Positions 51,379-61,902 of a DNA stretch of 64,000 nt are shown here, piece after piece. Location: the NCBI GenBank assembly GCA_963774265.1, contig CAVZDU010000009.1:32001-96000 (forward strand), read 5' to 3'. The position numbers and the translations under genes are program-made. Below the pieces are notes generated by a model. It saw only the letters and a program-made list of their open reading frames with translations. It had not been told where the DNA came from and made no database searches. Source of the stretch: an uncultured Chloroflexia bacterium. GTDB lineage: Bacteria > Chloroflexota > Anaerolineae > CG2-30-64-16. Every line of letters starts with the position of its first letter. Within the stretch, counting starts at the first letter, position 1.

Positions 51379-53163
51379 TCGTACACATGCCCCGCATAGC
51401 GCCGCAAGAACTCCGCTTCCGCCTCCCGCGTCCAGGCGCCGCGCGGGCCGAGCAGGTCATGGACCGATGGCGCCGCGGACTTGAGATCTGCCAGCGCGGT
51501 CAACGGGAACGACTCCACCTGTGGGTAGATGACCATCTTGCCCGGGAAACGGCCGTCCATCAGGCCTTGCATCCCGTCGCGCGCCGCGTCGATGCCGCCG
51601 ATGGCCGCAACCGCGGCTGCGGTGGAGAGCTGGGCGGTGAAGACCTTGTCGAGCACCAGGCCCTGGTCGCGGATCGTCGAGCCGGCGGACCCGGTGATCT
51701 GGCTGCCGCCGAGATACACGTTTGAAAGGTCCAGTTGCGCGATCGTGCCGCGCGCCAGCCCACCGAAGATCTGCAGCATCCCGTCAGGGGCCAGGTGCGG
51801 CATGGCGCTCTCGATCGCGGGCACACTGGCGACGATGACAATGATGTCGTCAAAACCTCCTGAGCGGAGCCCGGAGGCGGAGTCGAAGGAACCGCGCGCT
51901 CCGCGCACCGCGGCTTCATATTCATCGGCGGGCATCTGCTTTGGATTCAACACGGTCAGCTCGACGCCGCGCTCCGCAGCAAGCGGCCCAAAATCGGCCG
52001 TGATCTCGGGGTTGCGCACGAGGTTCGACTCACTCACCAGGATGCGCCGCGGGCCATCCCGCATCTCCAGCATGCGCTGCAGGTGCATCCGTCCCATGGG
52101 ACCGCCGCCGCCGATGATCCACGCGGCGCCCGCGCGGGCGAATCTCCGCACGGTTGGCCGCGTCTCCGTAGGCCGCACCGATATCGGGGCCGCGCGTGCC
52201 GATGTAAACCACATAGTCATAGTGCACGCGACCCGCGTCGACCCGCACAGGCCGCCCCAGCGGCCGCTCACCCACCAGGTTGACCACCGCGCCCGGCGCG
52301 AGGATGGCGGGCAGTGCATCGAGAATGTCGGGAGTGGGGTCGAGCACAATGACGTCGTCGAACCCGCCCGGGGCCTCCGTTGCGGCGAAGTCCGCAAAGC
52401 GGTCAGCCGCGATGCCATCGTGCATCTCCACGGGCGGCCAGGTGAATTGGTCGATGAGCGATTGGGGGACGTTGGTCGCCAGAATCTTGCGCGGCAGGCC
52501 GCAGCACAGGGTGTCGCCGAGTTGATAGTCGACCGCGCGCGGTTGAGCGTCCTTCGACTCCGCCGCTGCGCGGCTCCGCTCAGGATGCTTCGCCCCCACG
52601 ATCCACAACACGCCGTCCTTCTTCACATGGAGCCGGCGCCGCGGGGTGTAGGCCGCCTCGACGCACGCCCACGGCTCGGTCAGCGCCACCTCCGCATACC
52701 CCATTCCCTCGGGCACCGGGATGGCATAGCAGCCCTCATCGCCGTCCAAAGCCGCGGGACCGAGCAGGCTGTACTGCGCCAGGCCGCCCACAAAAACATA
52801 GCCATAGGCCAGGTTCATGCCGCGGTAATAGATATCTGCCTGAAGCACAAGCCGCTGTCCGGGCTGGAAGCGGTCGCGCCACGCCTCGCCCACCTCGACC
52901 ACCGTCATGGTGACCTCATGCCCCTGCACCACCGGGTGGCACGCCAGGTCGCGGTTGTAGAGCCGCGGATGCCCCGAACCCTGGCGGATGACCTTCACGT
53001 CGGAATAGCACAGCCCGACCGCGTCGGAGCGGACAAGAATCTGATCGGGCGCGGGGCGGGGCGTGGTCCAGCGGGCCGGCTTACCGTCCAGGCCAAAATT
53101 CTCGATGCCCGCGCCGTAAAGCGGCCAGGCGAGCATGGTGTCAGGGATATCGCAGATGGGCAT
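51375..53163 (-). CDS. Long zinc-type alcohol dehydrogenase (sorbose-1-phosphate reductase-like; frameshift near 52140)
   Basis: DAVGLCYSDVK, VQGHE, LTEPWACV, IIGGGGPMGRMH, GRFPGKMVIYP; about 595 codons. Confidence 0.75.
51858..51890 (+). repeat. REP-like element, copy 1, in frame in the dehydrogenase
   Basis: TCCTGAGCGGAGCC-cggag-GCGGAGTCGAAGGA, 33 bp. Confidence 0.7.
52550..52585 (-). repeat. REP-like element, copy 2 (inverted), in frame in the dehydrogenase
   Basis: Reverse complement TCCTGAGCGGAGCC-gcgcagcg-GCGGAGTCGAAGGA, 36 bp; both 14-bp arms are identical to copy 1. Confidence 0.7.
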
Positions 53164-53346
53164 CTTTCTATTCCAAATTGAAGATTGAAGATCGATGAAC
53201 GGCCCGAACTTCCTTCTTTCGTATTTCTTCTTCCTTGCGTAGTCACGTCCGCGCGATGATAACCTCAATCCCGGTTTTACTCAACTCCAGACGCGCGGCG
53301 TCGGGGAGCGCGTTGCCAGAGGTCAGCAACTTCCCTGCAAAAACAC

Positions 53347-53409
53347 TTTACAACCCACGGGTTTTGTGATAGACTGGGTCATCTAATCGATTGGACAATC
53401 GATTAGATG
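53347..53409 (+). promoter_or_regulatory. LacI-operon promoter and palindromic operator
   Basis: TTTACA-17 nt-TAGACT followed by CATCTAATCGATTG-ga-CAATCGATTAGATG (53380-53409). Confidence 0.75.
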
Positions 53410-53445
53410 GGGTCGAACCCCTTTTTCAAGAAAGCGACGAGCGCC

Positions 53446-54465
53446 GTGCCCACCATCAAAGATGTTGCGAAACAAGCTGGCGTATCCCCGACGACGGTCT
53501 CCTACGTGCTGACCGGCAGCCGCTTTGTCAGCCCCGGCACCAAGGCGCGCATCCTCGGCGTCATCGCTGAACTCAATTACCAGCCCGACCAGATCGCGCG
53601 CAGCCTGCGCGCGAAGCGCACGATGACCGTCGGCATGATCGTCTCCGATATCACGAACTCGTTCTATGCCGACATAGTGCGCGGCGTAGAGGATATGCTG
53701 CGCGACCGCCATTACAGCCTGATTCTGTGCAACAGCGACGAAGCGCCGGAGCGCGAGCTAGCCACGCTGCAACTGCTCAGCCGCAAGAAGATCGACGGGC
53801 TGATCCTTGTCGCCACCGGCTCGAATGTCGACGCGTTGCGCGCGGCCAGCTTGTCCGGGCTGCCGATTGTCCTGGTCGACCGCCGGTTGCCCGGTGACTG
53901 GCTCGACACCGTCCTGGTCGACGACCGTCAGGGCGCCGAGATCGCCGTGCGGCACCTGCTGCAGCGAGGGCACCGCCGCATAGGCGCGATCATCGGCCGG
54001 CCGGGCATCAGCACGACCGATTCGCGCCGGCTCGGCTACGAAGCGGCCTTGCACGAGTTCGGCGTAGCCTATGACCCGGCCCTGGTTCAGAGCGGCCAAT
54101 CCACGGCACGGGGTGGTGCAGCGGCGGCAAAAGCGCTGCTCGCCCTCCTCCCGCGGCCCAGTGCCATCTTCGCCTCTAACAACCTGATGACGGTCGGGCT
54201 GTTCCTGACGATCAAGGAACACGGCCTGCGCTGCCCGCAAGATCTCGCCGTCATCGGTTTCGACGACGCGGACTGGCTGTCGGCTTTCACGCCCAGCGTA
54301 ACCACCCTTGCCCAGCCGAGCTACGAGCTGGGCGAGAGGGCTGCCGGATTGCTGCTGGACCGGATGACCGGCCAGCCGCCCGCAAGCCCACGCGTGATCG
54401 TATTGCCCGCCACTCTGATCGAACGCGAGTCGTGCGGCTGCCAGATCATGCGCCACACCGAATAA
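53446..54465 (+). CDS. LacI family transcriptional regulator
   Basis: TIKDVAKQAGVSPTTVSYVL, LNYQP..ARSL, PQDLAVIGFDD, LIERES. Confidence 0.93.
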   Translation: MPTIKDVAKQAGVSPTTVSYVLTGSRFVSPGTKARILGVIAELNYQPDQIARSLRAKRTMTVGMIVSDITNSFYADIVRGVEDMLRDRHYSLILCNSDEAPERELATLQLLSRKKIDGLILVATGSNVDALRAASLSGLPIVLVDRRLPGDWLDTVLVDDRQGAEIAVRHLLQRGHRRIGAIIGRPGISTTDSRRLGYEAALHEFGVAYDPALVQSGQSTARGGAAAAKALLALLPRPSAIFASNNLMTVGLFLTIKEHGLRCPQDLAVIGFDDADWLSAFTPSVTTLAQPSYELGERAAGLLLDRMTGQPPASPRVIVLPATLIERESCGCQIMRHTE

Positions 54466-54591
54466 GTGGGAACAACGCCGGCCATTGCCGCAGGGCGCAG
54501 CGCCCGGAAGGAGGTATTGCGACTGAAATTGAAAATCGACCACTCTCACGCGATGCCGTTTCCAATCCAAGCTTTAAAGAAGAGGAGAACC

Positions 54592-56657
54592 ATGAAAGCC
54601 AAACGTGTCCTTCAACTGTGCAGTATCGTGCTCGTGCTGGCGATGGCGTTGACCGCGTGCGCGCCCGTCACGGCGCCGTCCGCGCCCGTCCCAGCTGCCA
54701 CCCAGGCGCCGGCCGCCGTGCAAGCGCCCGCAGCCACCGCAGCGCCCGCCGCCGTGCAAGCGCCCGCAGCCACCGCAGCCCCGGCAGCCGCCGCGCCAGC
54801 CGCGACTGAAGCCCCGGCAGCCGCCGCCCCGGTCGCCCAAAAGAGCTACAAGATCGGTTTCCTGGCGGGTGTCCAAGACCCGTTCTACTTTACGATGCAG
54901 CGCGGCGCGCAACAGGCCGCGGCTGATCTGGGCGTGGAGCTGGTGGTGCAGATCCCCAAGAACTGGAATGTCACCGACCAGACGCCCATGCTCGATGCCA
55001 TGGTCGCACGGGGCGACCTGGATTTCCTGTTCCTGGCCCCGGTTGACAAGGACGCCATGATCGCGCCGCTCAAGAAGGCCAACGACGCGGGCATGCCGAT
55101 CCTCACCGTGGACACCTTCATCGGCGATGGCGACTATGTGAACGGACCGGTCACCTTCCCGCTCTCCTTCATCGCATCTGATAACAAAGAAGGCGGCGTG
55201 ATCGCCTGCACCGCGCTGGCGGAGTCGCTGGGTAAGAAGGGCTCGATCTACATCCAGAACGTCAAGCGCGGCATCAGCTCCACCGACGCCCGCGAAGACG
55301 GCTGCAAGGAAGCGCTCAAGAACTACCCGGATGTCAAGCTGGTGGCCGTCGACTACAACGACGATGACCCCTCCAAGGCGCAGGCGCAGGTCGAGGCCAT
55401 GCTGCAGAAGACCCCCGACCTGGGCGGCATCTTCGGAACGAACGTGTTCAGCGCCCAGGGTGCGGGCACGGTCGTCAAGAACAAGGGCCTCAGCGGCAAG
55501 GTGAAGGTCGTCGCCTTTGACGCGACCGCGGATGCGATCAGCATGCTCAAGGGCAACACGGTTGACCTCGTCATCGCCCAAAAGCCTTCCGACATGGGTT
55601 ATCTCGCGGTCGAGATGGCCGTCGCGTATCTTGACGGCGTGACCAGCGTCCCGAAGCACATCCCGACGGGCTATGCGATCATCACGCGCGACAACATGAA
55701 CGACCCCAACGTCTCCCAGTTCTTCTACACGGCCGACGTGCCTGCCGCGCAAGTCCAAGACCAAGGACTTCAAGCTCGGCTTCCTGGCGGGCGTCCAAGA
55801 CCCGTTCTACTTCACGATGCAACGCGGCGCGGAACCGGCCTCAAGCCGTTTCGGCAATGAACTGGTGGTGCAAATCCCCAAGAACTGGAATGTCACCGAC
55901 CAGACGCCCATGCTCGATGCCATGGTCGCACGCGGCGATCTGAAGCTCCTGTTCCTGGCCCCGGTTGACAAGGACGCCATGATCGCGCCGCTCAAGAAAG
56001 CCAACGATGCCGGCATGCCCATCATCACGGTGGACACCTTCATCGGCGATGGCGACTATGTGAACGGACCGGTCACCTTCCCGCTCTCCTTCATCGCATC
56101 CGATAACAAAGAGGGCGGCGTGATCGCCTGCAGCGCGCTGGCGGAATCGCTGGGCAAGAAGGGCTCGATCTACATCCAGAACGTCAAGCGCGGCATCAGC
56201 ACCACCGACGCCCGCGAAGACGGCTGCAAGGAAGCGCTCAAGAACTACCCGGATGTCACAGCTGGTGGCCGTCGACTACAACGACGATGACCCCTCCAAG
56301 GCGCAGGCGCAGGTCGAGGCCATGCTCCAGAAGACCCCCGACCTGGGCGGCATCTTCGGAACGAACGTGTTCAGCGCCCAGGGCGCGGGCACGGTCGTCA
56401 AGAACAAGGGCCTCAGCGGCAAGGTGAAGGTCGTCGCCTTTGACGCGACCGCGGACGCCATCGACATGCTCAAGGGCGGCACCGTCGACCTCGTCATCGC
56501 CCAAAAGCCGGGCGATATGGGCTACATGGCTGTCGAGATGGCCATGGCATATCTGAACGGCGTGACGAGCTACCCGCGGCACATCCCGACGGGCTATGCG
56601 ATCATCACGCGCGACAACATGAACGACCCCAACATCTCCAAGTTCTTCTACCAGTAA
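54592..56657 (+). CDS. Sugar ABC transporter substrate-binding lipoprotein with two tandem RbsB-like domains (frameshifts near 55750 and 56259)
   Basis: RBS GAGGAG, lipobox LTAC, Ala/Pro linker; domain GFLAGVQDPFYFTMQRGA...PTGYAIITRDNM occurs twice, with no start or signal peptide before the second copy. Confidence 0.8.
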
Positions 56658-56664
56658 CGGAACG

Positions 56665-56697
56665 GTTGGGCCAGGGAGGCGATCTCCCTGGCCCAAC
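56665..56697 (+). terminator. Stem-loop after the binding-protein gene
   Basis: GTTGGGCCAGGGAG-gcgat-CTCCCTGGCCCAAC, 14-bp stem. Confidence 0.65.
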
Positions 56698-56827
56698 GGA
56701 TGGCACGTGGGTCACGCACCACCTGCATGATTTGCGATTCTCGCACGCTCAACCTAAAATTTATTATCTGGCCGTTCGCAGCATTTCTGAAGTCTAGTCA
56801 TCCATCACGTGACAGGGAGGTCCACCC

Positions 56828-57943
56828 ATGGCGGTAGCATCGAACAAAGACGCTCAGCAGACCGCCCGCAAGTCCAGCCGAACCCGGGCCGAGAACCTGG
56901 AGCGAATCCGTATGGCCTGGCCCTGGGTATTCCTCATTCTGCTGGTGTTGGCGTTCACCATTACATCCAAACAGCTCAACAATGTAAACTTCCTCAGCCC
57001 CCGGGCCATCCAGGGCATCCTGGTCTACACAACACAAATCCTGCTCATCGGCCTGGCCGAAACATTCATCATCATCACCGCCGGGATTGACCTGTCGGTC
57101 GGGTGGACGCTGGGCTTTGCCTCGGTGGTTGCCGCCATGGTGATGAAGGCGCTCAATCAAACCGCAGCGCCGCCCGTTGTGGTGATCGGCGCCGGCGCTC
57201 TGGCCGGCATTCTCATCACCGTCATACCCGGTCTGGTCAGCGGCGTCCTGATCGCCCGCCTCAAGGTGCCGTCCTTCATTACCACGCTGGGCGTGGGCAT
57301 CCTGGTGGAAGGCGCGGCGCTCTTGCTGAGCAAAGGCTATCCCATCGCAAATCAGCCGGACTACCTGGGCCAATTGGGGAATGGCTCGATCATCAACTGG
57401 AACCCGGGAAAGTGGTTCACCTTCTTCAACGTCCCGTCCACGGCCGTCCAGGCCGATTTGCAGAAAAACATCCCGCTGATCCCCAATATCGTCTTCGTCA
57501 CCATTATCGTCACGGCGGTGTGTTGGTTCATCCTTGCCAAGACGCAGTTTGGCCAGCATCTGTACGCCATCGGCGGCAACTTCGAGGCGGCCATGCGCGC
57601 CGGCATCCCGGTTCGGCGTACGCTGATCAAGGTCTACATTCTTGCGTCGGTGTTGGCCGGCATCGCCGGCGTGGTGTGGGCCGCCCGCTTCACCAGCGGC
57701 GCGTACAACGGTGGCGAGACGACGCCGATGACCGCCATCGCTGCAACCGTGATCGGTGGGGCCAGCCTGTTCGGCGGCGAGGGCCGGGTGATCGGCACGA
57801 TTGTCGGCGCGCTCATTATCGCCACGATTCAATACGGGCTGGTGGTGCTGGGTGTCCTGCCCTTCTGGCAGTATATCGCGGTAGGCATTGTCTTGATCAT
57901 CGCCGTCGTGGTGGAGCAGTTCGGCCGCGGCTTGGGCAAATGA
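56828..57943 (+). CDS. Sugar ABC transporter permease (RbsC-like)
   Basis: AGIDLSVG, VPSFITTLG, YAIGGN..AA..AGI, AIAATVIGGASLFGG. Confidence 0.92.
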   Translation: MAVASNKDAQQTARKSSRTRAENLERIRMAWPWVFLILLVLAFTITSKQLNNVNFLSPRAIQGILVYTTQILLIGLAETFIIITAGIDLSVGWTLGFASVVAAMVMKALNQTAAPPVVVIGAGALAGILITVIPGLVSGVLIARLKVPSFITTLGVGILVEGAALLLSKGYPIANQPDYLGQLGNGSIINWNPGKWFTFFNVPSTAVQADLQKNIPLIPNIVFVTIIVTAVCWFILAKTQFGQHLYAIGGNFEAAMRAGIPVRRTLIKVYILASVLAGIAGVVWAARFTSGAYNGGETTPMTAIAATVIGGASLFGGEGRVIGTIVGALIIATIQYGLVVLGVLPFWQYIAVGIVLIIAVVVEQFGRGLGK

Positions 57944-57956
57944 GGGAGGGATCAGC

Positions 57957-58757
57957 GTGACGACACTTTTGCAGGCAGTCAACCTCACCAAGCGCTTTGG
58001 CGGCCTGACCGCCGTGGATCAGGTGAGCCTCGATGTCAACACCGGCGAAGTGATCGGGCTGGTGGGCGACAACGGCGCGGGCAAATCCACACTGATCAAG
58101 ATGATCGCCGGCGTCTATCAACCCGACGACGGCGAGATCTTCTTCGACGGCAAGAAGGTGGAATTTGGCAGCCCGCGTGCGGCGCGCGACCTGGGCATCG
58201 AGACGATTTACCAGGACCTGGCGCTGGCCGAAAATCTGGACGTCGGCTCGAACATTTTCCTGGGTCGCGAGATCAAACGGCCCTACCTGGGCGGTCTGGT
58301 CCACACGCTCGACAGACCCAAGATGCGCACCGAGTCGGCGGGCATCCTGGACCGGCTGGACATTCGCATCCCCTCCCTCACCCAGCAGATTCGCAACCTG
58401 TCCGGCGGCCAGCGGCAGGCCGTCGCCATTGCGCGCACGATCTACTGGAACGCCAAGCTCGTCATCATGGACGAACCGACCGCGGCGCTGGGCGTGGCCG
58501 AGCAGCGCAAAGTGCTGACGTTGGTGCGGACACTTTGCGAGCAGGGTGTGCCGGTGGTCATCATCAGCCACAACATGCAAGACGTCTTCGCCGTTTCGGA
58601 TCGCATCATCGTCATGCGGCGCGGCAAAAAGGTGGGCGAGTTAATCGCCAAGAAGACCACGCCGGACGAAGTGGTGAGCCTCATGGTCGGCGCCGAGGCC
58701 GTCCACGAGATGGGCGTCATCCCGCAAGGATTGGAGAACGAAGCGCTTTCGGCCTGA
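57957..58757 (+). CDS. Sugar ABC transporter ATP-binding protein (single domain)
   Basis: GDNGAGKST, LSGGQRQ, VIMDEPT. Confidence 0.93.
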   Translation: MTTLLQAVNLTKRFGGLTAVDQVSLDVNTGEVIGLVGDNGAGKSTLIKMIAGVYQPDDGEIFFDGKKVEFGSPRAARDLGIETIYQDLALAENLDVGSNIFLGREIKRPYLGGLVHTLDRPKMRTESAGILDRLDIRIPSLTQQIRNLSGGQRQAVAIARTIYWNAKLVIMDEPTAALGVAEQRKVLTLVRTLCEQGVPVVIISHNMQDVFAVSDRIIVMRRGKKVGELIAKKTTPDEVVSLMVGAEAVHEMGVIPQGLENEALSA

Positions 58758-58795
58758 CAACCAGAATTAACTTGGTCCTATGGATTAAAACGTTC

Positions 58796-58824
58796 TTGAC
58801 AACTGCCACGGGGCATCCTACAAT
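58796..58824 (+). promoter_or_regulatory. Near-consensus sigma70 promoter of the second ABC operon
   Basis: TTGACA-17 nt-TACAAT, about 325 nt upstream of ATG 59150. Confidence 0.7.
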
Positions 58825-59149
58825 AGCACTCGTGGCAATTTCGCCGCACGGTCGTCGGCGTCTGACGGCTAGAACACTTGTGGCGGCTCCGGCAGTCGCC
58901 CTCACGTCGCCGTCACCTCCGATCCCCGTGCACAGCCTCCTATCTCGATATTGCGTCGATGCTATCATCACCGCGGCCACTGCCCGCCGACTGGTCCGCG
59001 CAAACCGATCGACGCAGACACCGATGTTGATGGAAAGGGGGTGGTCACGCCGGAACGCGCTCTGGTCTCCTGGGTTCACGCAGGGTACATGAGGTCTCCA
59101 TCAAGGCGAAGCGGAGGCCGACAGCGTCTATGTCAAGGAGGACTCTCTA

Positions 59150-60934
59150 ATGAAGCGCATCGCCGCATCCATCAGTCTCATCGTCATCCTCAGCATGCTC
59201 CTCACTTCCTGCGCCACACCTACCCCGCAGGTCGTCGAGAAGGTCGTCGAGAAGGTCGTCACCCAGGTGGTGGAGAAGGAAGTCAAGGTCGTCGAGACCC
59301 AGGTGGTGACCCAGGAGAAGATCGTCGAGAAGCAGGTGGAGGTAACGCCTACGCCTGCACCGACCGCAGCTCCGCAGGTATTCAATGGCTGGCCCGCGAT
59401 TGATGAGGCCGAGGCCAAGACCGCCCAAGCCGCCTGGGATGCCGTCGATAAGGGCAAGCCCGACCCGGCCTGGAAGGGCAAAAAGTTCACCATCGGTGTT
59501 TACTCGGCCGGCCAACGCGGCGCTATCTCCGGACCCACCTACTTCTTCCGCCAGAAGTTCGAAGAACTAACCGGCGCGACCTACGACATCGTAGAGATTC
59601 CCTTCGCCGAAATGCGCGAGAAGATCTTCACCGACTTCCAGACCGGCGCGCACAAGTACGACATGATCATCAACTGCTCGAACTACTACGGCGACTACAT
59701 CGCCAACGATTTCGTCCAGTCCATCGACCCATTCTTGACCGACCCCCGTATGCCCAAGCAAGATTTGGAGTCCATCGGTCCTGCCGTGCGAAACCTGTAT
59801 CAATGGAATGGCAAGTACTACGGCACCAGTTACGATCACGACGCCATGATCCTGTACTGGCGCAAGGACATCTTGGACGATCCCAAGTGGCAGGCCGAGT
59901 ACAAGAAGGAAACGGGCAAGGATATGCCCGTAGCTATGGACACCTGGGAGGACCTGATCTCCATCGCCCAGTTCTTCAACGGCAAGGACTGGAACGGCGA
60001 TGGCGACCCGGATGATGGCATCACGCTGCACCTGAAGGTCGGCGGTCAGGGCTACTTCCACTATATGGCGTTCGCCGCACCCTACGTAGTACTTCCCGCG
60101 CCCGGCGACGATCCCACGAAAGTCACCAAGTACAACAACATCTTCTACTTCGATCCCGATACCATGGAAGTGCTGATCAACTCGCCCGGTCACGTCAAGG
60201 CACTGGAACAATTGATTGCACTGTCCAAGAACGGCCCCAGCGCCATGTGGGGCTGGAGCCTCGGCGAAGCCTGGGCGGACTTCCTCTCCGGCAACGCGAT
60301 CATGACCTTCTCCTGGGGCGATGTCGGCGCACTCGCGCAGGACCTGACCCAGTCAAAGGTCCAAGGTCTGATCGGAGCACGCGGTCTCCCCGGCACCAAG
60401 CAACCCTACGACAGAGAAACGAAGCAGTTCCTGAATCTGGACAAGGCCAACATGGTCGGCAACCAGGTGGGCTGCTCGTGGCATCCGGTCCTCAGCAAGT
60501 TCGCCAAGGACCCAGATTTGACCTACTACTGGATGGCACTCATGGGTGCGCAGCCGATCAACCACTGGATGGTCGAATACGGCTGGACGGGCGTGAACCC
60601 GGGCACCAGCTATGACTGGCTCCAGCCCACCGGCAAAGCGACCATCGAAGATTACACCCAGGCAGGCTGGAACGCGGTGGACGCCAAGTCCTACGTCGAC
60701 GCGTACACCGACGATTTCTTCAACTATCCGATCTTCCAGACCTACATCCGCATCCCCGGCACCACCGAGATGATGACCTCCTGGGATATCCACCTCTCCG
60801 AGGCGATCACCGGTCAGATCACGCCGCAGGAAGCGTTGGATCGCACCAAGGCAGACTGGGAGGCGATCATCGACGAGCAGGGCAAAGATAATCTACTGAA
60901 GCTGTACCAGGATTCGATCGGCTACAAGCCGTAA
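59150..60934 (+). CDS. Carbohydrate ABC transporter substrate-binding lipoprotein (family 1)
   Basis: RBS AAGGAGG, lipobox LTSC, VVEKVV linker, LYWRKD, TWEDL, ITPQEALD. Confidence 0.88.
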   Translation: MKRIAASISLIVILSMLLTSCATPTPQVVEKVVEKVVTQVVEKEVKVVETQVVTQEKIVEKQVEVTPTPAPTAAPQVFNGWPAIDEAEAKTAQAAWDAVDKGKPDPAWKGKKFTIGVYSAGQRGAISGPTYFFRQKFEELTGATYDIVEIPFAEMREKIFTDFQTGAHKYDMIINCSNYYGDYIANDFVQSIDPFLTDPRMPKQDLESIGPAVRNLYQWNGKYYGTSYDHDAMILYWRKDILDDPKWQAEYKKETGKDMPVAMDTWEDLISIAQFFNGKDWNGDGDPDDGITLHLKVGGQGYFHYMAFAAPYVVLPAPGDDPTKVTKYNNIFYFDPDTMEVLINSPGHVKALEQLIALSKNGPSAMWGWSLGEAWADFLSGNAIMTFSWGDVGALAQDLTQSKVQGLIGARGLPGTKQPYDRETKQFLNLDKANMVGNQVGCSWHPVLSKFAKDPDLTYYWMALMGAQPINHWMVEYGWTGVNPGTSYDWLQPTGKATIEDYTQAGWNAVDAKSYVDAYTDDFFNYPIFQTYIRIPGTTEMMTSWDIHLSEAITGQITPQEALDRTKADWEAIIDEQGKDNLLKLYQDSIGYKP

Positions 60935-60953
60935 CTCTCGCTCGTCTGTCCCT

Positions 60954-60995
60954 GCGGTAACGACTTCAGCCATGAAGGACTGAAGTCGTTACCGC
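60954..60995. repeat. REP-like palindrome / stem-loop after the binding-protein gene
   Basis: GCGGTAACGACTTCAG ... CTGAAGTCGTTACCGC, 16-bp perfect stem. Confidence 0.7.
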
Positions 60996-61025
60996 GCACC
61001 AGGTGCGATGTCCGCGAGGTGAGTC

Positions 61026-61892
61026 ATGCTCCAGCGAAACCGTATCAGATATCTCTTCGTGCTGCCGGGCATCATCTGGGTCCTGATGCTTTACCGTGTT
61101 TCCGCTGCTCTATTCGCTGCGACTCAGCTTCATGCAGGCGAAGATGGGCACACCCTCGCGCTTCATCGGCCTGAACAACTACATTCGCGCGTTCAAGGAT
61201 TATCGCGTGCTGGATTCAGCCCAGGTGACCCTGTTCTTTGTGGTCTGCCAGTGTCCTCCTGACCGTGCTGACCGGATTGGGGCTCGCGCTCCTCTTCCAT
61301 CGGTCGATCCGAGGGCAGAAGGCCTTTCGTGCTCTCTTCACCATGCCCATGTTCACTGCGCCGATCGCGCTCGGGTTACCTGGGGCTGACGATTTTCCAT
61401 GAGCAAGTAGGCGCCATCAACACGATCTTGCGCGCGCTGGGCGTCGAGCACCTTCCCGCATGGTTCTCCGCAGTGTGGCCGGCTCGCATCGCGATCGTGC
61501 TGGTCGACATGTGGCAGTGGACACCATTCTGCTTCCTCGTGCTGCTCGCTGGACTTCAGGCGCTGCCCGACGAGATCTACGAAGCGGCAGTCCTCGACAC
61601 ATCTTCGTCTTGGGATACATTCCGCTGGGTGACGCTTCCGCTGCTCAGCCCGGTGCTTTTCACTGTGACAATCCTGCGCCTTGTCGAAGCGTTCAAGGTG
61701 CTTGATATACCTTTCAGCATGACCAGCGGCGGTCCAGGCGCCGCGACGCAAACCTACTCGTTTTATGTCTATCTAACGGGCTTGCGTAATTTCAACCAGG
61801 GTTACGCCTCCGCGCTGGCTTATTTGTTGCTGATCGTCATGATGATCATCGCGACGTTCTTCTTCAGCCGCATGCGGGCCAACTACGAATAA
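61026..61892 (+). CDS. Carbohydrate ABC transporter permease (MalF-like; frameshifted)
   Basis: FIGLNNY, WQWTPF..LAGLQALPDEIYEAA (EAA loop), TSGGPGAAT. Confidence 0.85.
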
Positions 61893-61902
61893 GGAGGGTC
61901 CT

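Noticed and set aside
58825-59149. ncRNA or small ORF in the long leader of the second ABC operon
   Set aside because: Only a short inverted repeat (TGCGTCGAT/ATCGACGCA) is visible; no recognisable family or well-supported ORF.
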